DNA of 64,000 bases, from assembly GCA_963693365.1 (NCBI GenBank), contig CAVNZM010000014.1, positions 496,001 through 560,000 of the forward strand, read 5' to 3'. Of this stretch, positions 31,725 to 64,000 are shown piece after piece. A program made the translations under genes and the position numbers. A model generated the notes under the pieces. It was not told the origin of the DNA. It did not search any database and saw only the letters and a list, made by a program, of their open reading frames with translations. This DNA comes from Amoebidium appalachense (Eukaryota; Protista; Ichthyosporea). How positions within the stretch are numbered: position 1 is the first letter of the stretch; every line of letters starts with the position of its first letter.

Positions 31725-32057
31725 TTTATTCCCGGTAAATTAAGTTAGCCAACCATCTGCTGTAGATCTAAATTTGTATGCGCAATCAGACACTTTGTCT
31801 AGTGGCTGTCGCCTGCGACAACATACAAGGTATGTTGAGCCGGGCCGCAGGGAGACAGCACTCAGAGTGACTACGTAATCCGCAGAATTCGCCGTGAAAT
31901 TAATTTGTGAATGCCAGGCGGACCAATCCAATGAGTCTGCCAATTGCCAATTTGGCAAACATCTAGATCTGCCTGAAGAATTCGAATGTTGCACTGCACC
32001 CCACTTCATGATCACTCCCACGTGCACGCCAGGCAAACATACGAAGCCCAACCCCCC

Positions 32058-32103
<46 letters not shown>

Positions 32104-32445
32104 AACACAAACACACATGTACACACACATATGTACTCCATGGCGTACCCGCCCACTTGCAACAGCTACCCACACACACATGCGCACACGTATCAAACAC
32201 ACACGTACATGTAGAAGCACTGTGTCACCACAGAATCGAATGAATATTCCCCAGCAGACTCTCGAGCGTGACGTACGTACGTACGCATACACAGGTGCAA
32301 CGCGTGACCATTTGCCCCTCAGATGTACGACTGGCTGCAGCATATGCATCGTTTTTCTTCAAACAATAAGAGCTTCCTCAGCAGATATGTATCATCATAC
32401 GTCGCTGCCGATCGCGATCTTATAAACTTCACTTTACGGGGCGCG

Positions 32446-32502
<57 letters not shown>

Positions 32503-33148
32503 CTCACTCCAGGTTGAAAAAACATACAGACATCACAGCACACGAAAGAGTTCGAAGATAAATTACACCCCCATATATCCGAATGTGTCGAACTCCAAAT
32601 TTGCTAATGGGCCCTTGAAGCTGAATGACTGAGGGTATAGATCTCGATTATCATATGCACAGTGACTGTCTCAGCCTGGGCCACGGAATTCACAATAGCC
32701 TTTCTCTCTTGCTTTTCCTAAAAGGCTTGCATTATTTCCATTTACCTTGTGTTCCAAGGACTCTGGCCTGGCTTAATTATAATAAATTCCAGCTAGCCAC
32801 ATACTGACGTATATGTTACGGTACATGGACAGCCCAAAGTTTCAAATAGTGACTTTGTAGCATAGAAGAGCACTTAGTGTGGAATGCCGAAGTCGACCTA
32901 ATTCGACTATTAGCTATAGGCCGCTGACACGTTTGTGTGTAGAATGCTTTTCTTCTGGAATTGGTGGTGGTAATGTGTGTGTGTGTGTGTGTTTGTGTGT
33001 GTGTTTGTGTGTGTGTGTTTGTGTGTTTGTGTGTGACTGTGTGTGCGCGCGTGTGACACTGTGTGTGTACATGTGTGTGCATGCGTGCGTTTGCGTGTGT
33101 ACATGTGCGTGTGCGTATGTGTGTCTATGTGGTTGTGGTGGTGATGGT

Positions 33149-33206
<58 letters not shown>

Positions 33207-33967
33207 TGTACGTCGTGTGTGTGTGTGTGTGTGTGTGTGGTGGTGGTGGGGGGGTGGGGGGGGGGGGGAGGGGAGGGGTGATGATGATCATGTGATCCAG
33301 ATCAACACCGGGTAAAATCTTATGTACATCGAGAGTTCATGATACTAATGTTGCGGTTGTGTTTTGATTTATGTTCAAAAAAGCCCACACGACAAAATAA
33401 TAAACCGGTGTCAACAAGGCATTGGCATTAAGCGACAAGCAAGAGGCCTAACAGATTTCAACAAATGAAAAGTCAACCCGCAGGCCTATTAGGGCCAAAC
33501 ACTGTACAACATATTATTTCACAACCCATTCCAATTTCGTACGTCTCCTGATAACTTCCTCACGGCCGGCTCAATGCAAGCCATCCTACGAGCATTATAA
33601 GCTACTAGCCAGGTCGGGCCGGCTACCCAACCCAATCACGATTTTACCTACCCAAGTAATACGACAGCACGTACACATTCATTCATGGAAAGACCTACTC
33701 GTACGGTAATAAACTCAGATGGAAGCACTTCATTCCACAAAGAAACAAAAATAAAAACAGAAAAAGAAAGGACTTACATTCCTGGGTTTGTACGTGTGGT
33801 GGCGACAATTCTACGTCAACATAAATATATATCTGGTTGTGACTATACGCAGCATGCAGTGTGCATGTGTACATTTAACTCAGCATGAAAAGTCAAGGGG
33901 GAGCAGAATGAGAAGTTGATAAACGAAAATAGATGAAGGTATCTGAAGACTACCATTCTTGAACAAT

Positions 33968-39954
<5,987 letters not shown>

Positions 39955-40987
39955 CTGCACCCCCATCGTGTTAGCACCATAACGAAGGCTGAAGCAGCTG
40001 TGATGGCGTCGTAACTTGGAGTGGACGCGGAGAAATAGCACGAAAGATTCCTACTCCTCCTACTCCCTTGCAAGCATCTCGACGACAGAACGTTGAATGT
40101 TAGTATAAGTATTAGTATAAGTTGAAAGACACAGCAACAAGATTAGGGGCCCCTGACAGGCGACGGCTTTATGCAAGGTGACAGCATCGAGACAGCAAGC
40201 GAGGTCCTCAGTTACACAGGGTCCCAAGCTTACGAAGACTACTATGAACAGCCTTACAACAGCCTTACCACATCCGGCCTACTCAAAGCCCTTCTGCTTC
40301 TATGCCCAAACACCCTATTCCATTCTTTCTCTTTTTCTCTTTTTTTCGTAAAATAAAACGAACCAGGTATCATCCACCACAACCTCTTTACGTTCGAACT
40401 CTAAAGAATGCCGTTGCACCCAGATCTCACTTCACACTTACTCGATTTCTCAGTTACGTTTGCCATGTTGCCCACCAACGCAGTGCGCCTTCACTCCTTG
40501 AAACTTCTGCGCTCTTAAGCTTATCCCACCTCCCCTCTCGACTAGTGCAGAAAGAGTGTGGATTGGAGCCCAACAACTGGGATGCCACAGGCTGCACACA
40601 CACGAACCCAAAGGCGGTAAAAGGGGCGACAGGAAGCTCCTTTTGACCGCAAGACCGATAGAAAAAAGGACAGCACCAAAATACATACACACTACTTCAG
40701 AACTACTAAACTTTCCCACCACTACAGAAGTAACCCTCCTTCAAACCAACACCCATTATCCTGAGAGGAAACCCCAAACCCTTCCCCTCTCCACAAGGGC
40801 AAAGCGTCTGACCTCACACACAGCTGCGGCTGAGCTGCGGGATCAAAGTTGAAAACATGGAGTGACGTAGTGAACGTTTTGGGCAGGCCGCCTGATTGGT
40901 CCGACATTGACGATTAGCTTTTGGCGATATGTGCGCATGGTGTGCAACCAATAGAAAGTGGACTTGTTCAAGTGGGGCCCGGAGGAC

Positions 40988-41329
40988 CAGGGTTCGAAGG
41001 ATGGTGGAGCCCATTAACGGAAGTCGAAATCCCGTTTCGGAAAACCTCTTCGAAAATCGGAATGCTCCGTCGGAGCAGGCCCACCAAAATTCGTAATCAT
41101 CGCGCATCAGTAAACTAGGGCATGCTTATTTGTGCCTATATTGCATCAAAATGTAATTATAATGCATACTCAAAAACCCCTGTGGTTATTAGAGCCTTCC
41201 TGGTGTTGGCACTTGAAGCTTTGAAGGAATAAAAGGGAAATATGAAGTGCATTACATAATGCACAACATATATATACATTTTGTCTCCGTATTTAAAAAT
41301 TCTGGGGGAGGGGGGAGGGGAGGGAGGGA

Positions 41330-41366
<37 letters not shown>

Positions 41367-41956
41367 GTGAGTTGAGGCAGCAACATGGGAAGCTCAGGCA
41401 GAAATCGAATGTTTGGGGGGGGGGGGGGGGGGGGGGGGGGGAGAAAGAAAATCAGGTCGGGTGGTTGTGTCTGTGTTTGTGTGTGTGTGAGTATTTTTCT
41501 TTGCAATTGTGTGTGTGTGTGTGTGGTTGTGGGTATGTATGCACGGTGTGTGTGTCTGTGTGTATGTGTACAGGTGTGGGTGTGTGTATTTGTGTCAGCG
41601 GTAATCGGTGTGTGTGTGTCTATGTTGTGTGCATGTGTGCACATGTGCACGTGTGTGTGTGTGTGTGTGTGCATGACATTGTGTGTATGTGTGTGTGTGT
41701 TTTGTGTCAACGGTTATGGTGTGTGTGTATGTATGTACAGTGTGTGTATGTATGTGTGACACGTGTGTGCAGTGTGGTGTGTATGTATGCAGGGTGTGTA
41801 CATGTGTGTCTGTGTATGTGTGTGTGTACATGCCAGTGTGGGTGTGTGTGTTTGTACCAACGGTTTCTTGTGTGCGTGTGTGTGTTTGTGTGTGTGTGTG
41901 TGTGTGCCACGGGGTGTGTGTGCGTGCGCCGTGTACATGGTGTGTGTGTGCAGTGT

Positions 41957-41994
<38 letters not shown>

Positions 41995-42670
41995 CTGTGT
42001 GTGTTTGTGTGGGTGGGTGGGTGGGTGGGTGCATAGCATGTGATTGTACAGGGTGGATGCATGTGCACGTTTGTAATACAGTTATCATGATCTGAGATAG
42101 TATGTGCCTGTGCACGTGTACTAGCCTAGGTCACATGATTGTGTGGTGTCAAGGCTGTGAATGTATGTGGATGTGTGTCTTTGAACGGAACACAGTGGTG
42201 CACAGTGTGTGCACGTGTATCGCTAGCTGCCATTGAAGACGCGTGCCACTGATCGTGATACACGTGGCACCTGCACCTGGTGGCCGTCGACTCTGAGCAT
42301 CTAGATCCATTCCATGTTTAGGCCTTCCTGGGGGGGAATGGGGGGGGGGGGGGGGAGGGGGAGTACTAGTGGGGGGGGGGGGGGGGGGGGAGGGATCCGC
42401 CTGAGAGGGGGGAGGGGGGGGGAGGGGTGAGGCCGGAGCGGCGGTGGGGGAGAAGGAGGGGCAGCACTGGTGGAGGAAACGGTGGGCAGCGGAGGAGGGG
42501 GGAATGGGGTTCGATTTCTGGGGGGGGGGGAAGTTTTGAAGTGGAGGCCGGCCTATATATACATGCGCAGGCATGTGCATTGTATATTCATGTGGCCATG
42601 CATCCATGGCTATGATGCATATGTGGTGTCACGGCTGTGTGTGTGTGAATTTGTGTGTGTGTGTCTGTGT

Positions 42671-42701
<31 letters not shown>

Positions 42702-42897
42702 CGTGGGTGTGTGCATAAATGTGTTTGGTGTGACAACATGTACATGTGCTAGGCTGGCGCTGTAGTCAGGGTCTGCCACTGAACATTCTACAGGGACCTG
42801 CAGGAAGACACGTACGTACGTGTGCAGCTTGTGTGGGTGGTGTATGCCCCGTGTATGATGAGACCTGAGAAGTCATGAGAAGCCCCCCCCCCGGGGG

Positions 42898-42944
<47 letters not shown>

Positions 42945-43062
42945 GGGGGGGGGGGGGGGGGGGGGGGGGGCTCTCGAACGTTCCGATTTGGCCGGGCCGA
43001 TTTTCGGAACTGTGTCTTCAAATATCGGAAATTTCGATTTTTTTTCGTAACTTCGAACCCTG
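40988..43062. mobile_element. Non-autonomous hAT-type DNA transposon, 2075 bp
   Basis: TIR CAGGGTTCGAAG at 40988-40999 and CTTCGAACCCTG at 43051-43062. Identical 8-bp flanks CGGAGGAC at 40980-40987 and 43063-43070. Subterminal CGAAAATCGG/CCGATTTTCG motifs at both ends. No transposase ORF. Confidence 0.9.
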
Positions 43063-43559
43063 CGGAGGACGTCGGGGGCCGGGGCCCGACTCAGGGGTTT
43101 GTACATGCTTATATGCATTATGGGTCTAGAAGCAAGTTGTAATGTTCTTTAGTGAACAAGGTTTTTATGAAGTTGATAATTCAGTTGAATATAGTTATAG
43201 AATGATTATTGCAAAAAATACAATTGTTTTCTCTACAACAAATCCCGGCACTGCGCAGCATACCTTTTCCACGTACACCAATCACGTCAGTCAAGTGGTT
43301 ATGCCATTGTGCCATTTGATTTCCATAGCTCCAGGGCGTAGATCATTGATCACTTCTGCCGCTGAGTTCCGCTGTAGTTTACAGCATGCACTGTTTTATA
43401 TGTGATGCCTAAAATGGCTAGTATATCAATCTCTTAAATAACTTATAAAAAGGCGAATTCTTTAAATCTTATATTGCTATCAATCGTTCAAATAGCATAC
43501 TCTATGTACGGCCACTGCCTAGCAGCATTCCCGATCTACGCTAGGGTGATTAGTGTAGC

Positions 43560-43680
43560 GCCACATGATTGGCTGTTGAACTGATTATTTCGTGACAACC
43601 AATCGAAAGCTAAAAAGCACTGGCAATACCTGACAGCCAATCAAAGCGACGGTGGTTGGTTCGCTGAAGGTATATAAGCA
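43560..43680 (+). promoter_or_regulatory. CCAAT/TATA cluster with no identified downstream gene
   Basis: GATTGG near 43567, CCAATC near 43599 and 43637, TATATAAG at 43671. Confidence 0.3.
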
Positions 43681-44512
43681 AACCGCTCGGGTCACTTTGA
43701 ATTGTTTTTTATTTTTTGCTCCCACTGGCTGCCTGTAGTTTCACGGCTCCATTTCCGAGGCCCCTCATCATTATAAACATACCGATATTGTCCGCCACAC
43801 CAATATGGTCTACTGCAGAGAGCACTTAAAGCATACATATATGCCTTAAATCCCCATGATAACGTGGTTGACGTGTACACCATTCTTTCACTTCAGGGAG
43901 TTTATTACTTCCTTGCGTAGTAGCGCTAGCCCTGGGTAAACTATGTCAACGTGTCCTCACATGGGCTTGTGCAGTGGTGTATGTATTACAGTTTCTCTTA
44001 ATGATTATTATCCACACGTACAGGCATAGAAGTCCTGACACATGGCTAATATATATCACCACAATGCTATGCCATGTACATCGTTTTCTCAAATAGTCTC
44101 TCCGTCATCATGATGCTCCTGCGCATGCACAAAAAAAAAGAAAAAGAAAAAAAAACAACCAAGAAAAAAGAAAGGGCAAATTTAAAAACAAAACAAAACC
44201 AAGGGGGGAAAAACCAAACAGGGATTTGGAAACTAGTAGCTACACAGGTGCATGGGCAAATGCAGGGTACATTCGATGCAAATTCAATGGTGTCCTTCGT
44301 AATTCTCAGCATGCATGCGTCCGATTTGTGTTTCACCAAAGCTACATAGCCTCCAGGCGGGTTTCTAAATGCGAATGCGCAATTCTGCCACTCTCGCCAA
44401 CTATTCAAACTTTCAGACAAACACACTACCTTCCCATTACAAAAACAACGGAACTATTATCATGATCAATCAGCAAAAAACAGCCCAAAATGGCATCACA
44501 CGCTCTGCAAAC

Positions 44513-63850
<19,338 letters not shown>

Positions 63851-64000
63851 CTGTGACCCATCAGTTAGTATACCCACGCTTATCCACCAGAAAAAGCCTT
63901 TCCCAGGGGGACACGATTACACAAGGGAGAATACCCGACGTGAAAAAAAAAGTAAACCCCGTGCCTCTGTGATTTTCCAGTGTTCCTGTTGCAAATGTGT

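Noticed and set aside
31740-32430. Complex-sequence stretches that might be exons (e.g. LADSLDWSAWHSQINF on the minus strand)
   Set aside because: No consistent splice pattern or recognisable motif; cannot support a gene call.
43071-43130. Helitron 3' end (GTCGGG..CCCGAC hairpin plus CTAG)
   Set aside because: The hairpin is ~35 nt from CTAG and the adjacent structure is already explained by the hAT element.

Overview
Eukaryotic genomic DNA with short exons and introns packed with (CA/TG)n, G/C-run, (CT)n and (GCAC)n repeats. Most entries in the ORF track are translations of these repeats. A unicellular opisthokont/holozoan origin is my inference from gene content only. Genes, left to right: a 7-exon Tollip-like gene (Tom1-binding-like motif, C2, CUE; +); a convergent intronless p62/SQSTM1/NBR1-like gene (PB1-ZZ-UBA; -); a GT64/EXTL2-like glycosyltransferase (+, 3' end not found); a tandem pair of secreted, possibly GPI-anchored unknown genes (-; one intact, one pseudogene); an SLC25 mitochondrial carrier (-); and most of Raptor/KOG1 (-, 5' end outside the window). 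Mobile DNA: a full-length Ngaro-like tyrosine-recombinase retrotransposon with A1-ORFs-B1-A2-B2 split direct repeats, and a 2.1-kb non-autonomous hAT-type element (12-bp TIRs, perfect 8-bp TSD). There is also a gag-like insert in an intron and a dispersed ~180-bp intronic repeat with a strand-specific hairpin. The most unusual signals are the apparently spliced YR gene of the retroelement, its 8-bp flanking direct repeat inside a palindromic target, and splice sites embedded in microsatellites. All family assignments come from motif recognition by eye; no database search was run.
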